A stretch of DNA of 64,000 nucleotides, from positions 79 to 64,078 of the forward strand of contig DASRXC010000132.1 of the NCBI GenBank assembly GCA_035654355.1, given 5' to 3'. The DNA comes from Candidatus Binatus sp. Its GTDB lineage: Bacteria > Vulcanimicrobiota > Vulcanimicrobiia > Eremiobacterales > Eremiobacteraceae. Under the pieces are notes generated by a model that searched no databases, had not been told where the DNA came from, and was given only the letters and a program-made list of their open reading frames with translations. The stretch's first letter is position 1. Each line of letters starts with the position of its first letter. Shown here piece after piece: positions 18,750 to 28,444 of this stretch. A program made the position numbers and the translations under genes.

Positions 18750-19664
18750 CTAGTTGGTTGAAGCGGCGACTTCTTCGGTTGCTGAGTTTTGTTCAGCCGA
18801 CTGCGCTGGCTCTTCGCCGGTCGTCGGCGGATCAGGCGCCGCGTCCGGCTTCTCAGCGTGTTTGGCTTCTGTCTTGTGATCGCCGCTCTTCGAATCTGCC
18901 GGCTTCGCCGCCGCGGTGGCGGCACGCGCGCCTTCGGGTGTCGGCTCCCAATCGTAGTCGCCGCCCGTGATGCCTTCAGGCGTGAAGCCGTTGGCATTCA
19001 GCCAATCCAACGCTAGATGATAGTGGCGCTTGGTGCGATAGCCTAGCCAGCGGCGACGCAATGTGTCGTCCTCGTCGACCGCCTCGCGGAAGCGACGAAA
19101 CGCGCCTTTGCCCGAGATCGCCGAGCGCAACCGACCGGCGATGTTGATGTCCTCGACCATCGTGATGAAGTCGGACATGATCCCGTACCTGATCTCGGTC
19201 GTCACCGGCGAGATCTTTTTCATGTCCGGATTTGCATCAGCTTCCGAGATGCGCGCGTTCTCTTGATCGCCGAGGTTGTGCATGAAGTGCTCGACCGCAT
19301 TCGACTGCGTGTTGAAGTACGCGACGCTGTCGACATCTCCGCCGGTCAGCGCGGTGCCCAGCTCATCGAGCAACTGATTGCGTTTGATCGGCCCCGGTCG
19401 CACGACCCGCGCAGGCATGCGCGGCGCCGCGGGTGCGAGCGCCTCGATGCCGAGCGCCTTGCGGATATCCGCCGGGTCGACCGCGGGCAAGCCGAGACTG
19501 GTGAGCCGCACGTAGTGACCGGCAAGTTCGATCAAGAGGTCGTCGAGTTTGTGTCGCGCATCCGCATCGGCGACCGCGTCTGCAGGCGCTGCGCCGCCCA
19601 AGTCGGCGAGCGGCCTGCGGACCCACTCCGCGGTCACGTGTGCGTTGTCGGCGTGGTCTTTCAT
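18750..19664 (-). CDS. UPF0158-like protein with N-terminal extension and acidic low-complexity tail
   Basis: The central region IRYGIMSDFITMVEDINIAGRLRSAISGKGAFRRFREAVDEDDTLRRRWLGYRTKRHYHLALDWLNANG matches my memory of the UPF0158 family. The C-terminal approximately 60 aa are low complexity. Confidence 0.65.
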   Translation of the reverse strand: MKDHADNAHVTAEWVRRPLADLGGAAPADAVADADARHKLDDLLIELAGHYVRLTSLGLPAVDPADIRKALGIEALAPAAPRMPARVVRPGPIKRNQLLDELGTALTGGDVDSVAYFNTQSNAVEHFMHNLGDQENARISEADANPDMKKISPVTTEIRYGIMSDFITMVEDINIAGRLRSAISGKGAFRRFREAVDEDDTLRRRWLGYRTKRHYHLALDWLNANGFTPEGITGGDYDWEPTPEGARAATAAAKPADSKSGDHKTEAKHAEKPDAAPDPPTTGEEPAQSAEQNSATEEVAASTN

Positions 19665-19692
19665 CGATGTCCTGACTTTCCGCCCTAGGGAG

Positions 19693-21135
19693 TTATGTCT
19701 TAGCGCTTACAGGCCGTCCGATTCCTTCCGCGATGGTGATCACGTCGTCTTCGGTCAAACCCAGGCCGTTGATTCCAGCATAATACTGATTGATGATGTC
19801 GTAGGTACGACCTGATTGCGCGCGCTCTTCGCGCACACGCTTGACCTCTTCGAGCACCCGCTTGCCTAGAGCGCTATCGACCGTCACTCCCGCCTTGGAA
19901 AGTTTGTTTTCGTTCTTCTTGAGCGCCGCCTCCACTACTGAAAGCCCGCTATGCTTGCCGTAAATGAAATGCATGTGCCCGCCGACCAGTTCGGCCGGCA
20001 CTGCTTCGTACATGCGCCGGTCGATCAGCATCGCGTGCGTGTGTATGCCCGACTCGTGCGCGAACACGTTGGCTCCGATGATCGGTTCGTGCGCCTGGAT
20101 CGGATAACCGGACACCGATTCCATGAAGCGCGCGAGCTCCCACAGTTTGTTGTACTTGAACCCTGGGATATCGACCCCGTATAGCACCTTAAGCGCGGTG
20201 ACTACCTGGTGCAGAGGCACGTTGCCTGCCCGCTCGCCGTAACCGTTTGCGGTGACAGTGAAGGCCTTGAAGCCGCAGGCCAGCGAGGTGATGCAGTTGA
20301 TTGTGCCCAGGCCGTAGTCGTTATGGAAGTGGTTGAGCAGCGTGACGTCCTTGGGCATGGCGTCCACGATGCGTGTTGAGAACCAGCGTGTCGCCTCAGG
20401 CGTGAGGCAGCCGACCGTGTCGGGCCACGAGGGTCGCGTCGCGCCGGCTTCGAGTCCGGCTTTGAACAGTTCGATGAAATAGTCGACGTCGCCGCGGCTG
20501 CCATCCTCGCCGCCGAACTCGACGCGCTCGACGCCGTTGCTGCGCGCGTATCGGATCGCGTCGCACTGCATGCGGATGTTCGCCGCACGGTAGAACGAAA
20601 GCGGCTGATCGAGCCACTCGCTCTCCGGTTTGCCTTCACGCGCGAGGAGCGCCTTGCCGATCTTGTACTTCATGTGCAGATCGCTGCCCGAGGTGAAAAC
20701 GAAAAACGTCACCGCGCTCGGTTGCACGTCGATCTCCGCCAACGCGCTCAGCGTTGCGTCGATATCTTTGCTCGTGCTGCGGCACATGACGACGACGTCG
20801 AGATCCTGACGGATCTCGCCCTTGCGCTTGCCTTCCATGATCAGCTGCAGCGAGCGGCGTTCGTCTTCGGAAACTGCGGGAAAGCCGACGTCCATGATGT
20901 GCACGCCGATGTCAGAGAGCCGCCGGCAGATCTCGTACTTGGTTTCCGGAGTATAGGCGATCCCGCACATCTGCTCGCCGTCGCGCAGCGATGTGTCGTA
21001 GATGCGCAGCTCGTCAGATCTGGGGAACTTGACGTCCTTGGTGAACTCGCGCGGATCGCGAATGAGCTGCCCGATGGGCTCGCGGAATTCCACTGCTCGT
21101 CGCTCCTCGGCGGCCGGTTTTCGCCCGCCCGGCAT
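19693..21135 (-). CDS. homocitrate / 2-isopropylmalate / citramalate synthase family (HMGL-like aldolase)
   Basis: LRIYDTSLRDGEQ..., HFHNDYGLGTINC..., HESGIH: the DRE-TIM metallolyase signatures of this family. Substrate cannot be assigned by eye. Confidence 0.85.
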   Translation of the reverse strand: MPGGRKPAAEERRAVEFREPIGQLIRDPREFTKDVKFPRSDELRIYDTSLRDGEQMCGIAYTPETKYEICRRLSDIGVHIMDVGFPAVSEDERRSLQLIMEGKRKGEIRQDLDVVVMCRSTSKDIDATLSALAEIDVQPSAVTFFVFTSGSDLHMKYKIGKALLAREGKPESEWLDQPLSFYRAANIRMQCDAIRYARSNGVERVEFGGEDGSRGDVDYFIELFKAGLEAGATRPSWPDTVGCLTPEATRWFSTRIVDAMPKDVTLLNHFHNDYGLGTINCITSLACGFKAFTVTANGYGERAGNVPLHQVVTALKVLYGVDIPGFKYNKLWELARFMESVSGYPIQAHEPIIGANVFAHESGIHTHAMLIDRRMYEAVPAELVGGHMHFIYGKHSGLSVVEAALKKNENKLSKAGVTVDSALGKRVLEEVKRVREERAQSGRTYDIINQYYAGINGLGLTEDDVITIAEGIGRPVSAKT

Positions 21136-21166
21136 TGCAGCGGCCAGGGTCGATCGACCGCGAGCC

Positions 21167-21700
21167 CTAGGGTTCGACGATTATTTCGCCACGCATTCCT
21201 GCGGAATAGTGAAAGAAGCAGCCGTAGAGGAAAGTTCCTGCCGTCGACGCGACCATCGGCGCTGAGCCTGAGCCAGGCGCAAGATCGCCGCTGCTCCACG
21301 GCTGCGCGCCGATGCTGCCGAATTGTTTGAGGACAGCCTGAGTCCAGCGCGGTTCGCTAAAGCGTGTCGCACCCGTCAATCCTGTCGCGGTGTGGTGCGC
21401 GTCGGTGTCGTTATTGACGAACACGATCGAATCGCCGACGTGCACGTGCACGATCGCTGGACTCGTGCCGACCGAATCGCCGGCGCTTTCGTGGGTGATT
21501 TTTGTATAGCGCGTCAGGCTGAGGTTGACCACTACCGGCGCAGACGCGGCGTATGAGGCAGTGATCCTCGAGCCTGCGCCGCTCGCAAGAACGGACGCGA
21601 TTGCAGCCGCTACAACCGCGCAGCGGCGCACTCGCTTGGCAAGGTGTGTCCTTCCTGACCCTCCGGATATCGCGCGAATCACAGTTTCCGCCTTCCCCAA
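21167..21700 (-). CDS. secreted cupredoxin (type-1 copper protein) with an intact ligand set
   Basis: Signal-like N-terminus. The cupredoxin domain has His (DAHHTA) and C-terminal YGCFFHYSAGMRGEIIV, i.e. Cys-x2-His-x4-Met. The ORF-track start is a TTG; GTG 21685 (VIRAIS), 8 nt downstream of GGGGAAGG, is an alternative start. Confidence 0.75.
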   Translation of the reverse strand: MGKAETVIRAISGGSGRTHLAKRVRRCAVVAAAIASVLASGAGSRITASYAASAPVVVNLSLTRYTKITHESAGDSVGTSPAIVHVHVGDSIVFVNNDTDAHHTATGLTGATRFSEPRWTQAVLKQFGSIGAQPWSSGDLAPGSGSAPMVASTAGTFLYGCFFHYSAGMRGEIIVEP

Positions 21701-21769
21701 GAGACAACGAAGCCCTCCGGCGCATCGTTACGGCGTAACAGCCGCCTTGGTCGGGAGGTCCTATTTGAG

Positions 21770-23113
21770 GTGAACCGAGCGCGCCGCACGCCATTTGCCG
21801 TCGTCCGCGGACCCTTTGCCGGGTCACGCGTCAGCTTCTGGTCGTTCGAAACTTCCGCGGATGTCGGCGCGCGCGCGATCGCCGCGCTGGCAGTGACCGC
21901 GTTGATCTGGGCCGTGCTGTCCGCATGGCACGCGCCGGTGACGCTCGCAGTGCTCGTGTTGTGCGCGGTCGTGCTCGAGCTTTTCGCGGGCGACATCTTG
22001 CGCGCCGGCGGACGCGTCATCGGTCCCTCGTTGACGGTCGTCGTCGCAGCGTTCGCGCTGTACGGAGCTCCCGCCGCGGTACTTGTCGGATTCGCGCGCG
22101 GCGGCGCACGCTTGCTCTCGACGCGCGGACTCGCCGGCGTCGACGGCGCGTTCATTCTCTCGGGCTCGGTCTTCGGACCGCTGATCGGCGGGATCATCGG
22201 AACGACGGCGCTGTCGTTCCATGCGCCTGTCCTGGTCGCGGGCGCGGCCTACGTCGTCGCCGCCTATATCGCAGAGGTGATCGCCCCCGCGGCATGTATG
22301 CGCAGCGTAGGCCCGCCGTCACTCGCTCTTGCAGGCGACGGCATCGCGGGTTGGGCGTTCGCCGCATTCGCCGGCTTAAGCGCGCTCGGCTACTTGTTGG
22401 CGGCCGACATCGGCCGCGGTGACGTGCGCGTGCTGGCGTACTTCGTCGTGCCGCTTATCGTCGTGCGGCTCTCGTATTCGGCGTTGCGCACGCGTTCGGA
22501 GCGCTACACGGGCGCGCTCGAACGCGAGAACATCGATTTCTTCGATCGCATCGGCAAGCTCGATCGCATCAACGGCGACTTGATCGAAGCACTGGCTTTT
22601 GCGATCGACTACCGAGACGGTCTTGACAGCGGCCGGTCGCGCCGCACGGCGCAGATGGCGACGTCAATGGCTCAAGCGCTGGGCATGTCCGGCATCGATC
22701 TCGAAATGTTGCGCCGCGGCGCGCTGCTTCACGACGTCGGTATGCTCGCGATGCCGGGGCAGCGCACGCCGCGCCACATCGAGGTCGGCGCGCGGTTGGT
22801 CGCTCGTTGGCGCGACTATCCGCAGATCGCGCAGATCGTCGAGCAGCATTGCGAAATGCTTGACGGCACCGGCTACCCGCGCGGCCTACGCGCAGACGAT
22901 ATCTCGATGTCGGCGCGCATCGTCGGCGTTGCAACCAAGTATGTCGATCTTACCGCTGACCGTCCTCAGGGCGCCGGCATGACGCACGACGAAGCGCTGT
23001 CTGAGATCCGCGCGCTTGCGCCGCTCAAATACGACATCGCTGTCGTCCAAGCGTTAGAGGCGGCCGTCGCGCCGACGACCGCCGAAGTATTACCGCTGAT
23101 CCGTCGCGGTTAA
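21770..23113 (+). CDS. membrane-bound HD-GYP domain protein (c-di-GMP phosphodiesterase family)
   Basis: About 230 aa of hydrophobic helices, then an HD-GYP domain with LLHDVGMLAMP (HD) and HCEMLDGTGYPRGL (GYP). GTG start as in the ORF track; exact start uncertain. Confidence 0.85.
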   Translation: MNRARRTPFAVVRGPFAGSRVSFWSFETSADVGARAIAALAVTALIWAVLSAWHAPVTLAVLVLCAVVLELFAGDILRAGGRVIGPSLTVVVAAFALYGAPAAVLVGFARGGARLLSTRGLAGVDGAFILSGSVFGPLIGGIIGTTALSFHAPVLVAGAAYVVAAYIAEVIAPAACMRSVGPPSLALAGDGIAGWAFAAFAGLSALGYLLAADIGRGDVRVLAYFVVPLIVVRLSYSALRTRSERYTGALERENIDFFDRIGKLDRINGDLIEALAFAIDYRDGLDSGRSRRTAQMATSMAQALGMSGIDLEMLRRGALLHDVGMLAMPGQRTPRHIEVGARLVARWRDYPQIAQIVEQHCEMLDGTGYPRGLRADDISMSARIVGVATKYVDLTADRPQGAGMTHDEALSEIRALAPLKYDIAVVQALEAAVAPTTAEVLPLIRRG

Positions 23114-23114
23114 A

Positions 23115-24467
23115 TCACTCAGCGAGCGGAAGGCTCAACGTGACTTTCGTGCCTTTACCTGGCTCGCTCCACAATTCGGCATGACCGCCCATCCGCTCCA
23201 TCGACGTCTTCACGATCGCTAAGCCCAAACCCGAACCCGAAACGCCGCCGCGTAGCTCGCCGCGATAGAAGCGTTCGAATGCGTGCGCGCGCTCGTCCGC
23301 GGGCATGCCTGGCCCGTTGTCGCTCACGACGATCAGCGCGCGCCCGTCCTCCCTGTGCGCCGACACTTCAACATCGGATCCGGGCGCGTGCTTGGCGGCG
23401 TTCTCGATGAGATTGCGCACCGCGTCGCTCAGCTCGGCCGGATGGGCGCGAACCTGCAACGGAGCCGGCGCGTCGAGCGTCAGCGTGCCGGTCACGAGCA
23501 ACGGACGCGAGCCTTCGGCGGCATCGCGGGCAACGCGCGCGGCATCGACCAGTTCGAGCTCGGTCGGTGTCGGATTGTCGAGTCGCGCCAGCGCGAGCAG
23601 TTTGTCGATGAGCCTGCGCATGCGCTCGCATTCGTCGGAGATCGTGCTCAGGATGTCGTTCGCGACGCGCGGCTCGGTGATCGCGCCGCGGCGCAACACC
23701 GAGATGTAGCCTGAGATCACCGTCAGAGGCGTGCGCAACTCGTGACCGGCGTCGGCAGAGAACTGCCTCATGCTGTCCTCGATCTTGCGACGCTCTTCGA
23801 ATGCCGCACCGACCTTTTCGGCGGCGGAGTTGAAAGCGATCGCCAGAGCGGTGATCTCGCCCGGCTCGCCGCGCACGGTGGTGCGCCGTGAAAAGTCGCC
23901 ACGCCCAAGGGCGTCAAGCGCGTTCGTGACATCGACGATGGGCGCAAGCGCCTGACCTGCAAGCACGCGGCCCGCGAGCCAACCGATGATCAGCGCGATG
24001 ATCAGCACGACGGCGACGGTGATCCAATATGGACCAAGGTTGAACAGCAAAAAACCCAGCTCGGGCCGGTAGGTCAGATAGCCGCCGGGAAACGGCTGAT
24101 AGCGCAGAGGTCCGCTTTCGGGGATCATCTGCCCGCGTTTGGCGGCCACGTACTGCGCGCCGGGAACCGCCTGGTCGGCGTCGCCCGCTAAGAATTGCCC
24201 TTCATTATCGAAGACGGCGCCGTGCAGACCCAGGCGTTGCATATGCGTCACGATCGCCGGTGCCAGCAGCCGCAGCGCCTGCTCGTTCGAGCCAAGAGCA
24301 GTACCGAGCACGCGCACGTCGGCCGCCGGCGCGACGAGCATCGCGTGCGTGTCCTGCTCGAGGATCAAGAGCAGCGCGACCGATGAAATGACGATGACGA
24401 GTACGAGCAGACCGACGAAAACACCGGCGTACCACGCGGCTAAGCGCGAGGCCAGCGTCTTCATCAC
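23115..24467 (-). CDS. sensor histidine kinase (2 TM, HAMP, HisKA, HATPase_c)
   Basis: H-box SADAGHELRTPLT, N-box NLIENAAKHA, G1 DNGPGM and G2 GSGLGLAIV. ATGA-type overlap with the upstream response regulator. Confidence 0.9.
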   Translation of the reverse strand: MMKTLASRLAAWYAGVFVGLLVLVIVISSVALLLILEQDTHAMLVAPAADVRVLGTALGSNEQALRLLAPAIVTHMQRLGLHGAVFDNEGQFLAGDADQAVPGAQYVAAKRGQMIPESGPLRYQPFPGGYLTYRPELGFLLFNLGPYWITVAVVLIIALIIGWLAGRVLAGQALAPIVDVTNALDALGRGDFSRRTTVRGEPGEITALAIAFNSAAEKVGAAFEERRKIEDSMRQFSADAGHELRTPLTVISGYISVLRRGAITEPRVANDILSTISDECERMRRLIDKLLALARLDNPTPTELELVDAARVARDAAEGSRPLLVTGTLTLDAPAPLQVRAHPAELSDAVRNLIENAAKHAPGSDVEVSAHREDGRALIVVSDNGPGMPADERAHAFERFYRGELRGGVSGSGLGLAIVKTSMERMGGHAELWSEPGKGTKVTLSLPLAE

Positions 24468-25153
24468 GGCAGGTCGTCTTCGCGCAATGCGTACCCGACG
24501 CCCCGAACGGTGTGGATCAAACGTTTCTGCGCGTTGCCGTCGATCTTGGCGCGCAGATACGAGATGTACGTTTCGACGATGCCGACCTCACCTTCGAAGT
24601 CATGTCCCCACACTTGCTCGAGCAATTGCTCTTTGGTGAGCACGCGGCGCGGCACGCGGATGAGCGCGACCAATAGGTCGAACTCGCGCGGTGTCAATCC
24701 GATACGCCTTCCGGCGCGCGTCACCTCGTGCGTCTCGACGTTGACGGTGAGATCATCATAATGAAGCTCCGCGCCGGCGGCGAGCTTGGGGCGCCGCAGA
24801 GCGGCGCCGAGGCGCGCGAGCAATTCTTCGAACGCGAACGGTTTGGCAAGGTAATCGTCGGCGCCGCGGTCGAGCGCGATCACACGGTCGGGCACATCGC
24901 CTTTGGCTGTGAGCATGATGATCGGAGCTTCGGTCTTGCGCCGCAGCATCGGCAAGAGCGTAAAGCCGTCGATCTTTGGGAGCATGACGTCCAAGATGAT
25001 GATGTCAGGATCCCATTGCCCGATGAGGTCAAGCGCTTGTGCGCCGTCCGCCGCCGAACGAACTGCGTAGCCCTCGCGCGTGAGCCCGAGCTCGAGCATT
25101 TCGCGCACGTGGCGTTCATCGTCTACGACGGCGACTTTTGGTGAGGTTTTCAT
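24464..25153 (-). CDS. OmpR-family response regulator
   Basis: Trimmed to ATG 25153 (MKTSPKVAVVDDERHV...). Receiver domain DIIILDVMLPKIDG and winged-helix LTPREFDLL...IHTVRGVGYAL. Confidence 0.9.
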   Translation of the reverse strand: MKTSPKVAVVDDERHVREMLELGLTREGYAVRSAADGAQALDLIGQWDPDIIILDVMLPKIDGFTLLPMLRRKTEAPIIMLTAKGDVPDRVIALDRGADDYLAKPFAFEELLARLGAALRRPKLAAGAELHYDDLTVNVETHEVTRAGRRIGLTPREFDLLVALIRVPRRVLTKEQLLEQVWGHDFEGEVGIVETYISYLRAKIDGNAQKRLIHTVRGVGYALREDDLP

Positions 25154-25219
25154 CGCGCTCTCTAGCCTATCGGGTTTCTCTGAGAATGCTCTGTGCCCAT
25201 GGCGGCGGGCGCTCAAACG

Positions 25220-25957
25220 TCAAACGCTGTCGCCGAGGTACGCTGCGACGATCGTAGGATCCGTTGCGAGATCGCGCGCCGCTCCTTCCTTCACGATCGT
25301 GCCGCGTTCCATCACATAGGCATGGTCGCTGATCGCCAACGCTTGCCGGGCGTTCTGCTCGACGAGCAATATCGCGAGGCCTTCGTCGCGCAGTTGTTTG
25401 ACGATCGTATAGACCTGCGCCACGAGCACAGGCGATAAGCCCATCGACGGTTCGTCGAGCAGCAAAAGCCTCGGACGCGCCATCAACCCGCGCGCGATCG
25501 CGAGCATCTGCTGCTCGCCTCCCGAAAGCGAACCGGCGAGCACGTTCGCGCGTTCGCGCAGAATCGGAAAGCGCGAGAACATCGCCTCGAGATCGTCGCG
25601 CACACCGCCGCGATCGGGCCGGCTCCACGCGCCGATTTCGAGATTCTCGCGCACCGTCATGTGTGCGATGATCAGACGTCCTTCGGGAACTTGGATCAAA
25701 CCCGCGGCAACGATCGCGTGCGGCGGACGGCCGTCGATACGCTCGCCGAGGAATTCAACCGTGCCGGCAGAGCGCGTGATGACGCCGGAGAGTGCGAGCA
25801 GCGTCGTCGTCTTGCCCGCGCCGTTCGCGCCGATGATCGTAGCGACGCGTCCATCGCTTAGTTGCAGATCGATCCCATGAACCGCCTCGGCGCGGCCGTA
25901 GCCGGCTCGCAAGCCGTGCACGGACAGAAGTGGAGCGGGCGAGCCGTTGCCGCTCAT
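25220..25957 (-). CDS. livF: branched-chain-type (LIV/HAAT family) ABC transporter ATP-binding protein
   Basis: Trimmed to ATG 25957 (ATGA overlap with the livG stop). Walker A GANGAGKTT, signature LSGGEQQ, Walker B LLLLDEPS. Confidence 0.9.
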   Translation of the reverse strand: MSGNGSPAPLLSVHGLRAGYGRAEAVHGIDLQLSDGRVATIIGANGAGKTTTLLALSGVITRSAGTVEFLGERIDGRPPHAIVAAGLIQVPEGRLIIAHMTVRENLEIGAWSRPDRGGVRDDLEAMFSRFPILRERANVLAGSLSGGEQQMLAIARGLMARPRLLLLDEPSMGLSPVLVAQVYTIVKQLRDEGLAILLVEQNARQALAISDHAYVMERGTIVKEGAARDLATDPTIVAAYLGDSV

Positions 25958-26718
25958 GCGCTGTTCTCGACGCCAAGATAAGCTTCGATCACTTTGGGAT
26001 CGTTGCGGATCTGCGCGGGCGTGCCTTCGGCGATCTTCTCGCCGAAATCGAGCACGGCGATGCGCTCGCACGCCGACATCACCAACGCCATATCGTGCTC
26101 GACCAGCAGCACGCTCATGCCGCGCTCGCGCACGAGGCGCACGATCTCGGCACGCAGTCGATCCGTCTCGACCGGATTGAGGCCGGCGGCGGGCTCGTCG
26201 AGCAGCAGCACGCTCGGCTGCGCCGCGATCGCGCGTGCGAGTTCGACGCGACGTTGTTCACCGGCAGGCAAGCTGCGTGCGAGCGCGTCTGCGCGTTCCG
26301 AAAGGCCTAGGTCGCCAAGCAGTTCGCGCGCCTGCGAGCGCAACGCGCGCGCGCTTGCCAACGTGGGCGGCCAACCCGTCAAGTGGCCGAGCAGCGAATC
26401 GCGCGCGCGCACGTGCATCCCAGCGACGACGTTTTCGAGCGCGCTCATGTTGGGGAACAGACGTGACGTCTGGTACGTGCGCGCGATGCCCGTCGCCGCG
26501 ATCTGATACGGCTTGCTCCGGTCGAGCCGTCGGCCGTCGAACGTGATCGTGCCGCGCGTCGGGGCCGCGAGCCCGGTCATGAGGTTAAGAACGGTCGTCT
26601 TGCCTGCACCGTTGGGACCGATCAGTCCGAACAATGTGCGCTCGGGAATCTGCAATGTGAGCTCTTTGACAGCGTGGACGCCGCCGTACTCTTTGCTGAC
26701 TCGCTCTAGCAAGATCAT
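25954..26718 (-). CDS. livG: LIV/HAAT family ABC transporter ATP-binding protein
   Basis: Trimmed to ATG 26718 (MILLERVSKEYGG, ATGA overlap with the livM stop). Walker A GPNGAGKTT, LPAGEQRRVELARA, LLLLDEPAAG. Confidence 0.9.
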   Translation of the reverse strand: MILLERVSKEYGGVHAVKELTLQIPERTLFGLIGPNGAGKTTVLNLMTGLAAPTRGTITFDGRRLDRSKPYQIAATGIARTYQTSRLFPNMSALENVVAGMHVRARDSLLGHLTGWPPTLASARALRSQARELLGDLGLSERADALARSLPAGEQRRVELARAIAAQPSVLLLDEPAAGLNPVETDRLRAEIVRLVRERGMSVLLVEHDMALVMSACERIAVLDFGEKIAEGTPAQIRNDPKVIEAYLGVENSA

Positions 26719-27554
26719 CGTGTGCGCCCACGTTTCACGATCGACCAAACGCCCTGCGGCAAGAAGATGATCACGAGCAATAGGATCAGTCCGTTGACGA
26801 CGTCACGGAAGTTCTGCAGCACGCGCAGCCACTCTGGCAGCAACGTGAGCAGCGCCGCGCCCACGATCGGACCCGCGACCGAGCCGATGCCGCCGACCAC
26901 GGCGTACGCGAGCATATCGACCGCCCGGCCGAACCCGTAGTCGCTCGGACTGATAAAAAAGGAAGAGAACGCGGCCAGCGCGCCGGCATATCCGGCGACG
27001 AGCGCCCCGATAGCGAACGCAGCAAGTTTGTACGCCGACGGGTTGACGCCCACGCCGGCTGCCGCGACTTCGTCCTGTGCGATCGCCGCGAACGCGCGAC
27101 CGGCGCGCGATCGCGTAAGCCGCCATAGCAAGAACGTCACGAGTGCGAGCGAGCTGTAGATGATCGGCGTCGTCGCAAGCGGCGGAATGCCGGCGATGCC
27201 TTCCGCGCCGCCCGTGAACGGCAGGTTGATCGCGAAGACGCGAACGATCTCGCCGAAGCCGATCGTCGCGATCGCTAAGAACACGCCGCGCAAGCGCAGC
27301 ACCGGCCAGCCGAGCAGCAGGCCGGCGATGGCCGCCAGCGCCGATCCAATCAGTGCTGCGCCAAAAAAAGGCCAGTGACCGCGGGTGACCAGCAACACCG
27401 ATGCGTATGCGGCGATCGCCATGAACCCCATGTTGCCGAGCGAGAGCTGCCCACACGCGAGCGTCACCCACACCGATAATGCGAGCAGCGCGTTGATGCC
27501 GATCTGATTGATGAGCGCCGAGTGCGCGTGATACGCGGCGACGAGCTCCGTCAT
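26715..27554 (-). CDS. livM: LIV/HAAT family ABC transporter permease
   Basis: Polytopic membrane protein with the family pattern GQLSLGNMGFMAIAAY... and position between livH and livG. Confidence 0.87.
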   Translation of the reverse strand: MTELVAAYHAHSALINQIGINALLALSVWVTLACGQLSLGNMGFMAIAAYASVLLVTRGHWPFFGAALIGSALAAIAGLLLGWPVLRLRGVFLAIATIGFGEIVRVFAINLPFTGGAEGIAGIPPLATTPIIYSSLALVTFLLWRLTRSRAGRAFAAIAQDEVAAAGVGVNPSAYKLAAFAIGALVAGYAGALAAFSSFFISPSDYGFGRAVDMLAYAVVGGIGSVAGPIVGAALLTLLPEWLRVLQNFRDVVNGLILLLVIIFLPQGVWSIVKRGRTR

Positions 27555-27557
27555 GCG

Positions 27558-28436
27558 CTACGCCGCGCGCAAGCCGCGTTTGCCGAGCAGCCCGGTCGGA
27601 CGCACGATCAGCACGCCGAACAAGATCGCGAACACGATCGCGTCACGGAAGTTCGAGCTCAAGTAGCCAACCGACAGATCCTCGGAGAGCCCGATGAGCA
27701 AACCCCCTAACAGCGAGCCGGGTATCGAACCCATGCCGCCGAGGATGATGACCGCAAGCCCCTTGAGCTCAACCGTCGAGCCCATGATCGAGCTGACGGC
27801 GTTGAAGTTGAGCGCGAACAAAATCCCGGCGACCGCACCTAGCGCTGACGCGATGAAAAACGTTTGCGCGTACACCGCTTCGAGATTGATGCCGGCCAGT
27901 TGCGCGGCGCGCGGGTTTTCTGCGACCGCGCGAACGGCGGCGCCGAAGCGCGTATAGCGCAGCAGTGCTTGCAGCGCCACCATAAGCGCTAAGCTGCCGA
28001 CGAAGATCGCGAGCTGCATGAGCGTGAACGTCGCCGGGCCGATCGTGATCGCCGGCGTGCGCACGACGTCGAACGGAAAATGGCGCACGTCGGGGCCGAA
28101 GATGCCGTTGGCCGCGCCGACGTAGATCATGCCGACGGCGATGCTCGAGATGAGCGGCGCGAGCGGACCGGCCTGGCGCCTGCGCAGCGGCCAAAATGCG
28201 ACGCGATCCAACAGGACGCCGAGCAGTCCGCCGGCGATCGCGCCGCCCGCGATCGCCACGAGCAGCGGTGCGCCCTTGAGCACGAGCACCAGCGCGGTGA
28301 ACGCGCCCAGCATGAAGATCGAGGCGTGCGCGAGATTGAGGATGTCGAGCACGCCGAATATCAGGGTGTAGCCGAGCGCGAACAGCGCGTAGACGCTGCC
28401 GATGAACAACCCGTTGACGAGTTGTTGTATCAGCAC
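27558..28436 (-). CDS. livH: LIV/HAAT family ABC transporter permease
   Basis: MLIQQLVNGLFIGSVYALFALGYTLIFGVLDILNLAHA is a typical LivH N-terminus. 292 aa polytopic. Confidence 0.9.
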   Translation of the reverse strand: MLIQQLVNGLFIGSVYALFALGYTLIFGVLDILNLAHASIFMLGAFTALVLVLKGAPLLVAIAGGAIAGGLLGVLLDRVAFWPLRRRQAGPLAPLISSIAVGMIYVGAANGIFGPDVRHFPFDVVRTPAITIGPATFTLMQLAIFVGSLALMVALQALLRYTRFGAAVRAVAENPRAAQLAGINLEAVYAQTFFIASALGAVAGILFALNFNAVSSIMGSTVELKGLAVIILGGMGSIPGSLLGGLLIGLSEDLSVGYLSSNFRDAIVFAILFGVLIVRPTGLLGKRGLRAA

Positions 28437-28444
28437 GCGTTGGT